NCBI GenBank assembly: GCA_002255365.1
Contig: NCBI01000006.1
Location: 18,742-82,741 of the forward strand
DNA: 64,000 bases
Direction: 5' to 3'
Source: Chromatiales bacterium 21-64-14
GTDB lineage: Bacteria; Pseudomonadota; Gammaproteobacteria; 21-64-14
Made by a program: the position numbers and the translations under genes. Below, piece by piece: positions 1 through 10,307 of this stretch. The notes under the pieces are model-generated. The model did not search any database, was not told the origin of the DNA, and saw only the letters and a program-made list of their open reading frames with translations. Positions within the stretch are counted from its first letter, which is position 1; the number at the start of each line of letters is the position of its first letter.

Positions 1-124
1 GGAGGCTGGTGCGTGGTGCCCTGTCGTGCGTAGCATCGGCAGAGCACGGCTCCGGCTTGAGCCGACCGTGGGGAGAGGGAGCAGCCGGTTCCGGCGCACA
101 TGCCGGAACCTGACTGTGGGGCCC

Positions 125-694
125 TTATTGCTGAGTTGGTGGAACGGCGGGGCGCGGAGTTCCGCCACCGGTGGTCGCGCCACCGGCGTCCACTGGCGGC
201 GCGGTCGGGGCGTAATCCAGGGTCGCTTGATCCAGCAGCCGGCCGGCGCCGTTTACCACCTCCACCTTCCAGGTGCCCGCCCACTGGGGCTGCAGCCGCT
301 TGCTGGACCACACCCGCCAGCGCGGTCCCTTGATCTGGAACGGTACGCTGGCGACCACCGCGCCGTTGTGGATCCAACGGTGGATTACCATGCCGCCGGC
401 CATACCCCGTACATCCGTGAAGAAATAGACCCGGCCCGTATCCCTGGTCAGGCGTTTGATGGCATCTACCGGCTCGCGGTCGTGGATGGCGGTGGTAAAC
501 TGTGCGCGCTCGACGCGGCCAGTAACCGCCGCTTCCGGCGCCACTGTGGTCCCGGCTGGGGCCGCGGGTACCGGCACTGCGGGTTCCACGGCCGGCGCGG
601 GTTTCGTCACCGGGGCGGCCTCGGTGACCGGACCGGCTGCGTACAAGGGGTTGCATAGCGCCAGCCCGGCGATCAAACCAATGGCGAATCGCAT
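125..694 (-). CDS. secreted protein, DUF2914-like (signal peptide, Ala/Pro-rich linker, conserved C-terminal domain)
   Basis: ORF with N-terminal signal peptide MRFAIGLIAGLALC...; C-terminal block VYFFTDVRGMAGGMVIHRWIHNG resembles DUF2914 from memory; no search possible. Confidence 0.4.
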   Translation of the reverse strand: MRFAIGLIAGLALCNPLYAAGPVTEAAPVTKPAPAVEPAVPVPAAPAGTTVAPEAAVTGRVERAQFTTAIHDREPVDAIKRLTRDTGRVYFFTDVRGMAGGMVIHRWIHNGAVVASVPFQIKGPRWRVWSSKRLQPQWAGTWKVEVVNGAGRLLDQATLDYAPTAPPVDAGGATTGGGTPRPAVPPTQQ

Positions 695-952
695 CGTGTC
701 CTCCTCCCTGCAGCGGCGTTGTTATGGTTGGATAGAACAGGTGCGCCGTGTCCGGGCCAGACATACCGACCCGTGCGCCTATCATACCCCTGGGCTCCGA
801 TGGTGGGATAGGGGTGCCCGGCCGCCGGTGCATCTCACACCGGGACATGGGAGCATCCCGGTGTCCGCGGTGCCATGGGGGCCGCGCACCCACGGCGCAG
901 CGGCGCCGGTGTCCGCGGCCTGGGCGGGGACTGGACACCGCGGCACGACCCG

Positions 953-1525
953 ATGACCAGAGCGATTGACTACCGGGACTGGCACATCCCGTTGCGCCGC
1001 GGGCGCATCACGTTGCGCGCGGCCCGCGCCCGACTCGCGTCAGTGGGCGCAGGTCCGCAGGCGATCCCGTTGATGGTGCGGCTGATGGAGAACCCGCGCT
1101 ACCGCGTGCCTGGGGTCACGGTTTTCCACGGTGCCGTAGACCTGGAGCAGCACGACTGCATCCACTTGGTGTTGGGGCGCGGGCTGTTGCCGAAGGACGA
1201 GGCTTTCACCATCGGTTTTACCATGGGCAGCACCCACAAGGTTAGTACCACTGAGGAAGCGCTGTTCGGGTTTGTCTCCCGGTATCTTTATCCGGAGGTC
1301 TACCGGTTCGGCGACGAGGAACTGCGGATCTTTCGTGACGCGGTGAAGCTCGGCTGGATCTCCGGGTGCCGGCCGTTGGATCAGGTCGATTTCGCGCCTT
1401 ACCTGGATTTGCCGCTGGCGCAGGTGCGTACCGAAATCGGACTCGAGCGGGAACTGATCTTGGCCTATTACCGCATCGAGAAGCGCCGCTATCCGAACGC
1501 GCCCGAGAGTCAGCGACTGGTATAA
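953..1525 (+). CDS. Coq4-family protein (HDxxH-x11-E zinc motif)
   Basis: Internal ATG at 953 (MTRAIDYRD); motif HDCIHLVLGRGLLPKDE matches Coq4 HDxxH-(x)11-E signature; ORF track frame 875..1525. Confidence 0.4.
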   Translation: MTRAIDYRDWHIPLRRGRITLRAARARLASVGAGPQAIPLMVRLMENPRYRVPGVTVFHGAVDLEQHDCIHLVLGRGLLPKDEAFTIGFTMGSTHKVSTTEEALFGFVSRYLYPEVYRFGDEELRIFRDAVKLGWISGCRPLDQVDFAPYLDLPLAQVRTEIGLERELILAYYRIEKRRYPNAPESQRLV

Positions 1526-1735
1526 ATTCAAAGGACGGCGCGTTCCCGGGACGTAGGATTGCGGTGGGGGAGCGCCTGCCGGGCCGTGCTATCATGATGC
1601 GCGGGCACCGGTACCCTGGGTCGCCTCGGGCCGCGAGGCACCGGTGCCCCGCATCCTGGCCCGCCGTGATCTCCTCCCGTGACCCGCGCGGTTCGGTGCC
1701 CCGTTGGACCGCCCCAGATTAGGAAGACCGGAACC

Positions 1736-3313
1736 TTGTATCGTGCATCGAAAGATTTCCTGGGCCGCCTGGCCGGTGTTGGCAGCCAGCGGCTGCTGCG
1801 GGCGGGAAAGGTCGGGATTGAAAAAGAAACCCTGCGCGTGTCGCCGGATGGGAAGATTACCCAGACGCCCCATCCGCAGGCCCTGGGCGCAGCGTTGACC
1901 CACCCGCACATCACCACCGATTACTCGGAGGCGCTGCTGGAGTTCGTGACGCCGGCGTTCACGGATATCTCTGAGGTCCTGGGCTTTCTTCGGGACACAC
2001 AGCAGTTCGTCTACGCCCAACTGCGCGACGAGATCCTGTGGGCCACCAGCATGCCGTGCGTGGTTGCAGGGGAAACCAGTATTCCCATCGCACGCTACGG
2101 AAGTTCCAACGCCGGCACGATGAAGACCGTATACCGGCGCGGACTGGGGCACCGTTACGGCCGCGTTATGCAGGTTATCGCCGGCGTGCACTTCAACTAC
2201 TCGTTCAATGACGCGCTTTGGCCGGTGCTCCAGGAACTCGAGGGAGATCGGCGCGCGCCGCATGTGTTCAGTTCGGAGCGCTATTTCGGCGTGCTCCGCA
2301 ACCTGCAGCGACTCGGATGGCTGGTCCCATACCTGTTCGGTGCGTCACCTGCGGTCTGCAAGTCGTTTCTGGGCGGAAAACCCACCACTCTGGCGGAGTT
2401 CAATACCACTACCTACTACGAGCCGTTCGGCACTTCCTTACGCATGGGTGACATCGGCTATCAGAATAACAAGGAGACCGAGACCGGCATCAAGGCGAAC
2501 TATGATGGCCTGGAGGCCTACATCCAGAGTCTCGAACACGCTATATCGACACCTTGGCCCGCGTACGAAAAGATCGGCGTGGTCGTCAACGGCCAGTACG
2601 AACAGCTCAACCCGAACCTGCTGCAGATCGAGAACGAATACTACAGCACTGTGCGCCCTAAGCAGTTGCTGAACGGCAACGAAAAGCCGATCCATGCGTT
2701 GCGCAGCCGCGGCGTGCGCTACGTGGAGCTGCGGTCGCTGGACGTCAATGCCTTCGATCCGTTGGGAGTCCATGAGGACCAGCTCCGTTTCCTGGAAGCG
2801 CTGATGGTGTTTTGCTTGATCCAGGACAGCCCGCGCATCGATGCCCGCGAGCGGCGCGAGATCGATTACAACGAGCTGGCCGCGGCGCACCGCGGGCGCG
2901 ATCCCGACCTGCAGCTGCAGCGCGGGGGCAGGGAGGTGACACTTCGGGATTGGGCGAGTGAGGTTTGTGAGTCCATGGAGGCGGTGTGCGCGCTGCTGGA
3001 CGGGGACCGCGATGACCGTCCCTATGCCGCCAGCTTGGAGATCCAGCGCCGGGCGGTTCAGGAGCCCCAGCGCACGCCCGCTGCCCGTATGCTGGCCGAG
3101 CTGCGCACGACCGGCGAGGGGTTCTACGACTTCGCGCGGCGCATGTCCCTTGAGCACCAACGCTATTTCAGTTCCCTGCCGGTAGACGAGGACCGCTTCC
3201 GGTGGTTCCGCGAGTTGGGCGCACGCTCCCACGCGGAGCAGGCCACCATGGAGGCGGCCGACGAGATCCCATTCGGGGAGTACCTGCGCCGTTACTTTGC
3301 CCAGGACGATTGA
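1736..3313 (+). CDS. gshA: glutamate--cysteine ligase (gamma-glutamylcysteine synthetase)
   Basis: Full-length colinear similarity to E. coli GshA (EKETLRV, SMPC, YLFGASPA, LQIENE, RSLD motifs). TTG at 1736 preceded by AGGAAG RBS fits the E. coli N-terminus; the alternative ATG at 1679 is possible. Confidence 0.85.
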   Translation: MYRASKDFLGRLAGVGSQRLLRAGKVGIEKETLRVSPDGKITQTPHPQALGAALTHPHITTDYSEALLEFVTPAFTDISEVLGFLRDTQQFVYAQLRDEILWATSMPCVVAGETSIPIARYGSSNAGTMKTVYRRGLGHRYGRVMQVIAGVHFNYSFNDALWPVLQELEGDRRAPHVFSSERYFGVLRNLQRLGWLVPYLFGASPAVCKSFLGGKPTTLAEFNTTTYYEPFGTSLRMGDIGYQNNKETETGIKANYDGLEAYIQSLEHAISTPWPAYEKIGVVVNGQYEQLNPNLLQIENEYYSTVRPKQLLNGNEKPIHALRSRGVRYVELRSLDVNAFDPLGVHEDQLRFLEALMVFCLIQDSPRIDARERREIDYNELAAAHRGRDPDLQLQRGGREVTLRDWASEVCESMEAVCALLDGDRDDRPYAASLEIQRRAVQEPQRTPAARMLAELRTTGEGFYDFARRMSLEHQRYFSSLPVDEDRFRWFRELGARSHAEQATMEAADEIPFGEYLRRYFAQDD

Positions 3314-3332
3314 AGCGCAGGACGGCCGTGTC

Positions 3333-3851
3333 TTAGTGTTTCCGGTCCCCGGGCGCGGTCCGCCAGTTACCGAGGAATCCGGCCGCGCCCAGACCGGCGA
3401 ACCAGGACAGGACCCATTCCGGCATGCTCAGTCCAAGAAACGTCCAGGAGATCCGCGCACAGTCCCCGGAGCCGGTGAGTACCATGCGCAGGGTCTTGGT
3501 GAGCGGGAAGGTTTCCAGCAGGTAGTTCAGCCCCGGACCGCAGGCCGGCACTTGATCGGCCGGCAGGTGCTGAATCCATACGTGACGGGCCGCCACTGCG
3601 GCGCCGGTCAGTGCGACGACGGCGATCGCGACGGCGTAGACCCGGCTGCCCGCGGACCCCGGCCCGTGGATGGCAGCGACCAAAAACGCGACACCCAGCG
3701 CCAGCACTCCGAGCCGCTCGAAGATGCACAACGGGCAGGGGTCGAGGTGATCGTGAAACTGTGCATAGTAGGCGTAGCCGAGCAGTGCCGCGCACGCCAG
3801 GAATCCGGCGGTATTGAGCCAGCGGTGGGTTGGTGCGTGGGTTGGGTTCAC
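3333..3851 (-). CDS. dsbB: disulfide bond formation protein B
   Basis: HDHLDPCPLC and SGDCARISWTFLGLSMPEW match the DsbB Cys pairs and topology; GTG at 3851 with upstream GGAG gives ~172 aa like E. coli DsbB; the ORF frame extends to 3953. Confidence 0.75.
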   Translation of the reverse strand: MNPTHAPTHRWLNTAGFLACAALLGYAYYAQFHDHLDPCPLCIFERLGVLALGVAFLVAAIHGPGSAGSRVYAVAIAVVALTGAAVAARHVWIQHLPADQVPACGPGLNYLLETFPLTKTLRMVLTGSGDCARISWTFLGLSMPEWVLSWFAGLGAAGFLGNWRTAPGDRKH

Positions 3852-3996
3852 GGGGCAATCTCCAGCGCCATGGTGCGCTGACTTTATCACGCGGGCTTGG
3901 GCAGGGTCCACGGCCGCCCGCGGAACGCGCGGGTGGCGGCACGATTTACGCAACCGGGGTAGCGTGTTCTAATGGCGCATCGATAAGATCTTCGGC

Positions 3997-4866
3997 ATGA
4001 TTCGCCGCGTTTGGAGGGATAAAGTGACCGAACAGCTGCCGGAAAAGGCCCAGAGCATGGCGGTGTTCTGCGATTTCGAGAACATCGCGCTTGGAGTCCG
4101 TGACGCGAAGTATGCGCAGTTCGACATCAACAAGGTGCTGGAACGGCTTTTGCTGAAAGGCAATATCGTTGTAAAAAAGGCTTATTGCGATTGGGAGCGA
4201 TACAAGGATTTCAAGCGCGCCATGCACGAGGCGTCGTTTGAGCTGATCGAGATTCCGCACGTGCGCCAGTCCGGGAAAAATTCGGCCGATATTCGGATGG
4301 TGGTGGACGCGTTGGATCTCTGCTATACCAAAGCGCACGTGAGCACCTTCGTGGTGATCAGCGGCGATTCGGATTTTTCTCCGCTGGTGAGTAAGCTGCG
4401 CGAGAACGACAAGGTGGTGATCGGGGTGGGGGTCAAGAACGCGACTTCCGATCTGCTGATCGCCAACTGCGATGAATTCATTTTCTACGATGACTTGGTG
4501 CGGGAGAAAGAGGGCCGTCGGCGTTCGCGCCGCAAACCCGCCGCCAAGGGTGCAGCGAAATCCGCCGAGGAGACGGAGACGGAGACGGTGCCGAAGTCCG
4601 ACGGCGAGAAGCAGCAGGACGCCCTGGACATGGTCATCGAAACGGTGGAGGCGCTGTTTACCGAACGCGGCGAGGAGGAAAAGATCTGGGGCTCCATGGT
4701 CAAGCAGACCCTGAAGCGGCGCAAACCGGGGTTCTCGGAGTCCTATTACGGGTTCCGCACCTTCAGCAAACTACTGGAGGAGGCGCAGACGCGCAATCTA
4801 CTGGAACTGGAGCGCGACGAGAAATCCGGCGGCTATATCATCCGCAGCTTCAACCATGAGGAATAA
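3997..4866 (+). CDS. NYN-domain (LabA-like) protein with C-terminal OST-HTH/LOTUS domain
   Basis: AVFCDFENIA...VVISGDSDFSPLV is a NYN nuclease-fold signature; a Lys/Glu-rich linker precedes the C-terminal YYGFRTFSKLLEE LOTUS-like domain; start may instead be ATG 4057. Confidence 0.7.
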   Translation: MIRRVWRDKVTEQLPEKAQSMAVFCDFENIALGVRDAKYAQFDINKVLERLLLKGNIVVKKAYCDWERYKDFKRAMHEASFELIEIPHVRQSGKNSADIRMVVDALDLCYTKAHVSTFVVISGDSDFSPLVSKLRENDKVVIGVGVKNATSDLLIANCDEFIFYDDLVREKEGRRRSRRKPAAKGAAKSAEETETETVPKSDGEKQQDALDMVIETVEALFTERGEEEKIWGSMVKQTLKRRKPGFSESYYGFRTFSKLLEEAQTRNLLELERDEKSGGYIIRSFNHEE

Positions 4867-4911
4867 CGCCGTTGCCGGCGTTGCGGAGGGGTCCGCAAGC
4901 GCGCACGCGGT

Positions 4912-5196
4912 TCAGTCCCCCATCCACCCGTTGAGGGCGTCGATAATGGCGCGCGCTTGATCCTTGCTCGAAATCGTGAATTTGGACTTCTGCTGATATT
5001 CCCCATTGCGCTTCTGGTAACGGCGGATGGAGAACTTGTCCGGACCGTACTCTTCTTTTTTGCGGTCCCATTCCTGGTAGCGGAACAGGATCGTGCTCCA
5101 GGCGCCCCGGGATAGGACCACCTTGTCCAGCTGCTTTATGAGCTGGGTGCCGTCTTCCACGTAGTCCACGGACAGTTCGTCGATTTCCGAGGCCAT
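4912..5196 (-). CDS. hypothetical small protein (94 aa), lower GC
   Basis: Clean ORF with non-Arg-biased composition, unlike the antisense artefacts; no recognisable domain. Confidence 0.3.
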   Translation of the reverse strand: MASEIDELSVDYVEDGTQLIKQLDKVVLSRGAWSTILFRYQEWDRKKEEYGPDKFSIRRYQKRNGEYQQKSKFTISSKDQARAIIDALNGWMGD

Positions 5197-5387
5197 ATGG
5201 CCCTCACTGGGTTGCGACTGGGCCTGTAAAGGTAGGCAATTCCCGGGCCGCGATCAAGTCGCATCGTGCTGGAGGGCGCTTGCACACCACCCGCAGATCG
5301 GCTACGTTGGCGCACGGGCGGGGTGCGCACCCCGTCTTGCGTCCCATCCGTCCCGGCTTCGCGCCCCGGACTAGTCCGGTTTGCACC

Positions 5388-7358
5388 ATGAAAAGCCTCT
5401 GGAATGACGACGAGGCGGCACGGTTCCGCGGTGATCTGGAACTGCGTGTCTACTCCTCGCGCCTGTTGGGACGCGAGCCTGCCCTGGTCCTGCACGGCGG
5501 CGGCAACACCTCAGTCAAGATCACCGAGCGCAACCTGCTCGGCGCGGAGGAGACCCTGCTCTACGTAAAGGGCAGCGGCTGGGATCTGGAGTCCATCGAC
5601 GTGGCGGGTTTTGCGCCGGTGCGCCTGGCGCATCTGGTGGCCCTGTCCCGGCTCGCGTCCCTATCCGATACGGAGATGGTCAACGAGCTGAAGACCCACA
5701 TGACCCGCGCCTCGGCGCCGACCCCGTCGGTGGAGGCAATCCTGCATGCCATCCTGCCGTATCGCTATGTAGACCATACCCACGCCGACGCGGTGGTTAC
5801 CATCACCAATACGGCCGATGGATTGGAGCGCATCCGGGAGGTGTACGGCGATCGCGTGGTGGTCATTCCGTACGTGATGCCGGGCTTCGATCTGGCGCGT
5901 CTGTGCGCTGAGCGGTTCCCCGCCGAGGCGGGCCCCGGGACCGTGGGCATGGTGCTCATGAATCACGGGATCTTCTCATTCGGGGAGAGCGCGCGGGAAT
6001 CCTACGAGTGCATGATCGATCTGGTCAGCCAGGCCGAGGCATATTTGCAGGGACGCAAGGCGTGGGTGCTGCCGGCGCCAGCGCAGACCGAGGCCGGCCC
6101 TGTGCTTGTGGAGACCATCGCGGCCTTGCGCCACGATCTGTCGGCGGCGGCGGGGGCCCCGATGATCCTGTCCACGGTACGGGATCCACGGTCCATGGAT
6201 TTTGCGCGGCGTGCCGATTTGGAGCGGATATCGCAACAGGGGCCGGCCACCCCCGATCACGTGATCCGCACCAAGCGGTTGCCGATGCTGGGCCGGGACG
6301 TGGCCGCCTACGCGCGTGCTTACCGGGCCTACTTCGAAGCCCACGCCCCACGCGGCGGTGCCAAGACCATGCTGGATCCCGCGCCGCGGGTGGTGCTGGA
6401 CCCGGAGCTTGGTTTGTGCGTGGCGGGCCGTACCGCGAAGGACGCCGCCATCGTGCGCGACCTGTACCGGCACACGATGGAAGTCATCCTGCGCGCCAGC
6501 GCGCTGGGGGGTTACCAGGCGTTGCCGGCGGCGGATATTTTCGACGTCGAGTACTGGGATCTGGAACAGGCCAAGCTGCGCAAGGGCGGAACGCCACCCC
6601 CGTTTACCGGGGAGGTGGCGCTGGTCACCGGCGGCGCGTCAGGTATCGGAAGCGCGTGCGTGACGGCGCTCCTGGAGCGGGGCGCCGCGGTGATCGCACT
6701 GGATCTGGATGCGCGGGTGACGGCCATGGAGGCACGCCCGGGGTTCCGCGGGATCCGCTGTGACGTGACCGACGAGGCCCAGGTGGCGCGGGCATTAGAG
6801 GAAGGCGTGCAGGCCTTCGGCGGCTTGGATATGCTGATTCTGAATGCTGGTGTGTTTCCCCAGAGCCGTTCCATTTCGGAGCTGTCGCAGGAGGAATGGC
6901 GACGGATCATGGCGGTGAACCTGGACGCGAATCTGAGTGTGATGCGTGCCGCGCATCCGTTGCTGAAACAGGCGCCGGCCCAGGGGCGTGTGGTTGTCAT
7001 CGGCTCCAAGAACGTGCCGGCGCCGGGTCCCGGGGCCGGGGCCTATTCCGCCTCCAAGGCCGCGTTGAACCAGTTGGCCCGAGTTGCCGCCCTGGAGTGG
7101 GGAGCAGACGGGATCCGCGTCAATATCCTGCATCCGAATGCGGTGTTCGACACCGGGATTTGGACCCGGGAGGTGTTGGAGGCGCGTGCCGCGCGCTACG
7201 GAGTGAGCGTGGAAGAATATAAGGCGCGCAACGTGCTGCGCACCGAGGTTACCAGCCGCGACGTGGCGGAACTTGCCGCGGCGATGTGCGGCGCGCTGTT
7301 TGCCAAGACCACTGGCGCGCAGGTGCCCGTGGATGGTGGCAACGAACGGGTGATCTGA
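5388..7358 (+). CDS. bifunctional class II aldolase (rhamnulose-1-phosphate aldolase-like) / short-chain dehydrogenase
   Basis: N-terminal class II aldolase/adducin domain (HGGGNTS...YVKGSGWDL) fused to an SDR domain (TGGASGIG...YSASKAAL); start at ATG 5388 (MKSLWNDDEAARF). Confidence 0.75.
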   Translation: MKSLWNDDEAARFRGDLELRVYSSRLLGREPALVLHGGGNTSVKITERNLLGAEETLLYVKGSGWDLESIDVAGFAPVRLAHLVALSRLASLSDTEMVNELKTHMTRASAPTPSVEAILHAILPYRYVDHTHADAVVTITNTADGLERIREVYGDRVVVIPYVMPGFDLARLCAERFPAEAGPGTVGMVLMNHGIFSFGESARESYECMIDLVSQAEAYLQGRKAWVLPAPAQTEAGPVLVETIAALRHDLSAAAGAPMILSTVRDPRSMDFARRADLERISQQGPATPDHVIRTKRLPMLGRDVAAYARAYRAYFEAHAPRGGAKTMLDPAPRVVLDPELGLCVAGRTAKDAAIVRDLYRHTMEVILRASALGGYQALPAADIFDVEYWDLEQAKLRKGGTPPPFTGEVALVTGGASGIGSACVTALLERGAAVIALDLDARVTAMEARPGFRGIRCDVTDEAQVARALEEGVQAFGGLDMLILNAGVFPQSRSISELSQEEWRRIMAVNLDANLSVMRAAHPLLKQAPAQGRVVVIGSKNVPAPGPGAGAYSASKAALNQLARVAALEWGADGIRVNILHPNAVFDTGIWTREVLEARAARYGVSVEEYKARNVLRTEVTSRDVAELAAAMCGALFAKTTGAQVPVDGGNERVI

Positions 7359-7413
7359 GTTGCAGTGCGAGATCCCGGCTGCCGTGGCGTCGCCGCCCAT
7401 GGGATCGCGCGGG

Positions 7414-8619
7414 TTATCCGCCGCCCATCAGGTGCTGGAAGATCCGAAATCCCGCCAGGTAGGTCCCCACCGCGGAACCCAGGGTGCTCAGCAGGAAGAC
7501 CAAAAGGGTGCGTGCGACCCGGTTGCGCCACCAGCCCTTCCAATGGGCCGTATCGGAACGCAGGCGGCTGAAGTCCCCAACCGTGGGCTTGCGCAACCAA
7601 GCCTCCACCGTCGCGGTTACCATGCCGGCGCCGATCATGGGGTTCAGTGAGGTGATGGGCGCCGCCACGAACCCGGTTGCTACGGTGAGCGGGTGGCCAC
7701 CGGCGATGCCAGCGCCCATCGCCGCGAGGATGCCGTTGATCAGGACCCATTCCGTCACCAGCCGCCAGCCAAGCGCTGGGCTGCGGTAAAACCCCAGGGC
7801 AAAGCCCAACACGATCAAACCCACGATCATCCAGGGCAGGAGCTTGGGCCATGGACTCGGCGCCGGCACTTGGTCCAGCGCCGCGATCACTCCCCGGGTG
7901 TCAGGATCCGCGTTCAGTAGGTGATGCTCGATGCCCTTCAGGTGTCCGGCGCCTATCACGGCCAGGAGGTGGGCGGGCCGCGCGGTCTTCATTTCATCGC
8001 TCAGGCGCGCGGCCATGTAACGGTCGCGTTCCTCGATCAGGGGGACGTAGAGCTCCCGCGCTTGGTCCGCGAACTGCGCGAAGATGGACTCCAGCATGTC
8101 GCCTTCCTTGAGCCGTTCGATCTCCGCTTCGGTGACCTTTTCGCGGGTGATCACACTGGCGATCAGGCCGGAGATCAGGTACAGGCGGCGCCACCACGGA
8201 ACGTTGCGGTAGACCCGCGTCAACGTTGTGCCTATTTCACGGTCGATTAGCAGCACCGGCAGCCCGGCGCCTTGGGCCGTCTCCACTGCGGTGCGCATCT
8301 CCTCCCCGGGGCGGATATCGAATTGTTCCGCGAGCCGTTGTTGGTAGGCGCTCAACGCGAGGTTTGCGGTGACCATGGAGGCCTTGCCGTTGCGCAGTGT
8401 CTTAATCAGGTCCAGCCCGGCAAAGGTGTCCGGGTTGATCAGCGCCTGGTAGCGGCTTGGGCACAACTCGACGGCCACGGCGTCATAGTCACCGGTAGCG
8501 AGCAGCGCCTCGACCTTGGCCGCGCTGGCCCGGGAGACATGGGCGGTTCCCAGCAGGGTGATGCGGCGGCCTCCCAGTTCCATCTGAACCAGGGGTTCGC
8601 GGTTTGCGGACGGGGGCAT
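7414..8619 (-). CDS. TraB/GumN-family protein with C-terminal transmembrane region
   Basis: ITLLGTAHVSRASAAKV...LLIDREIG is the TraB family core; hydrophobic C-terminus. Confidence 0.65.
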   Translation of the reverse strand: MPPSANREPLVQMELGGRRITLLGTAHVSRASAAKVEALLATGDYDAVAVELCPSRYQALINPDTFAGLDLIKTLRNGKASMVTANLALSAYQQRLAEQFDIRPGEEMRTAVETAQGAGLPVLLIDREIGTTLTRVYRNVPWWRRLYLISGLIASVITREKVTEAEIERLKEGDMLESIFAQFADQARELYVPLIEERDRYMAARLSDEMKTARPAHLLAVIGAGHLKGIEHHLLNADPDTRGVIAALDQVPAPSPWPKLLPWMIVGLIVLGFALGFYRSPALGWRLVTEWVLINGILAAMGAGIAGGHPLTVATGFVAAPITSLNPMIGAGMVTATVEAWLRKPTVGDFSRLRSDTAHWKGWWRNRVARTLLVFLLSTLGSAVGTYLAGFRIFQHLMGGG

Positions 8620-8987
8620 CGGGTAGGGACTCGCGGCGTGCCGAGGTTACCCTGCATTATACCGGTCTGCGTCCGGGAAGGCGCTGTCCAACTAGCGCCG
8701 CGTCGCGGTCTTCGCGACAACAAACCGGGCGGTGGTTCTCACCGCCCGCCTGCCGTTGTCGACCGGGCCGGAGGTACGAATTCCGTGTCGTCTTGGACGC
8801 GGCGCGGGGGGACGATCGTGTTGCCCTGTGGCGCCCGGGGTTGTGAAGGCGCGTGAGAAATGCGCAGCAGGACCGCACGCCGATCCGTAGGTGATCGATG
8901 GAAGCCGGCCGCCCGGAGCGTCCAGGGCCGCGGATTCCGTGCGCGTGGCTGTAATCACTGCGGGGACCGGTGCGCAGGCGATGCGGC

Positions 8988-9746
8988 TCAAAAATGATAG
9001 AACATGCCGGCGTAGGGACCTCGCCAAGTGATGTCCGCGTTAACATTCTGGAAGCCGTTCAACCGAATTTTCTGTCCGCGCCAGCCGATCTCGGCGCCGA
9101 GTCCCAGGCGGCTTTCGTAGGCGCCCTTCAGGGTGTAATCCAACAGCCGGCTGCCCGCATAGCGCGTGTAGCTCGCGTTTGCGCCTACCGAGGTTCCCGG
9201 GATCGGCAAGGGGATCACGGCATTCGCGTATAGCATGGGTACGGCACCCGAAACCCGCGTGCGCTCGAACTGAGTGCCGGACTGGACCTGTACATCACCG
9301 TTTAGGTACTTCACGTCCACGCCCAGATCCACCTGCATCCAAGTGCGGAGCAGCGAGTAATAGAGCACGGCATCGTATTGGTCGAGTGCCGCTTGGCTGG
9401 CGATGTTCTCGGACGTGGTGAATGTTGTTCCACCAAAGGTCAGGTCGCGGGACAAGGTACTGGCGCCGCCAGTGGAGGCATTGGTATAGACCAGGCGTAG
9501 GTTGGGGAGCAGCGGGATCGGGGATTCGAGGGTAAGCCATGCAAACGCCGCAGTGCGGCGCCCCAATCCGAGATCACGATTCAGGTCCAGGGTGTCGCCT
9601 TGGTACTGGACCGTCCCGCGCGGATCGTGATTCCATCCGCCAGCCCCGACCCAGACCGAGGGGGTGGCCGCGGCGGCGATGGAGACCAGGGCACTGCCTA
9701 GACCCAGGGACACCAGGGCGGCGATGTATTTCCAGTGACGTCCCAT
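8988..9746 (-). CDS. outer-membrane beta-barrel protein (signal peptide, C-terminal Phe)
   Basis: Signal peptide MGRHWKYIAALVSLGLGSALVSIAAAA; alternating amphipathic strands; terminal ...GMFYHF typical of OM barrel proteins. Confidence 0.5.
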   Translation of the reverse strand: MGRHWKYIAALVSLGLGSALVSIAAAATPSVWVGAGGWNHDPRGTVQYQGDTLDLNRDLGLGRRTAAFAWLTLESPIPLLPNLRLVYTNASTGGASTLSRDLTFGGTTFTTSENIASQAALDQYDAVLYYSLLRTWMQVDLGVDVKYLNGDVQVQSGTQFERTRVSGAVPMLYANAVIPLPIPGTSVGANASYTRYAGSRLLDYTLKGAYESRLGLGAEIGWRGQKIRLNGFQNVNADITWRGPYAGMFYHF

Positions 9747-9959
9747 TGGGTTCCCCCCGGCGTATGGCGGCAGCGGTAGCCGTTGCAGCGTACGGCTGGA
9801 ACCCGATTGGAACTGTGTCCCGGTTCACGCGTCCCGGCCCGTGGGACTGGGGACTACAGACGTTGTCGGCCTCGGGCGGCGGGTGCCCGGTTGCGGTGGA
9901 CGGGTGAACTGCGGCGGGGTATCCGGACCGGGGCGGTCCGGCGCAAGTACCGGGGCGGG

Positions 9960-10307
9960 TCAGCGGGCGAGCCAGCCTACCAGCAGCGCCTCGGGTATGC
10001 GTTCCTGCAACGCGCCGGTGATCTCCGCACAGACGCCGGGTGTGGGCCGGTGGGAGACCCACAGCAGGTTGAGTTTCACGTTGAGTTCCACGAACACCAC
10101 CGCATCATCGAAGCGTGCGCAGACCGCCTGGATCTCCTTCACGCAACGCTGGATGATGCGCTGGGGCTTGTTGCGCAACCCCGGAATGATCATCATGAAA
10201 TCGGCGAGCGCCCGACCGTGCTCGTCATGCAGGGGTACCCGTTTGCGCAGCGGTTCGACGTGTTGCAACGAAGCGCTTTTGGCTAAGTTGAAAGAGTCCA
10301 CCGCCAC
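9960..10307 (-). CDS. hypothetical protein
   Basis: 115-aa ORF with balanced composition; no confident family assignment. Confidence 0.3.
   Translation of the reverse strand: MAVDSFNLAKSASLQHVEPLRKRVPLHDEHGRALADFMMIIPGLRNKPQRIIQRCVKEIQAVCARFDDAVVFVELNVKLNLLWVSHRPTPGVCAEITGALQERIPEALLVGWLAR

Noticed and set aside
26-658. 210-aa + strand ORF overlapping the DUF2914-like gene
   Set aside because: Arg/Gly-rich composition typical of antisense/high-GC frames; the opposite-strand ORF has a signal peptide and a conserved domain
5976-7400. Several 100-250-aa ORFs inside/antisense to the aldolase/SDR gene
   Set aside because: Overlapping alternative frames of a gene with clear domain homology
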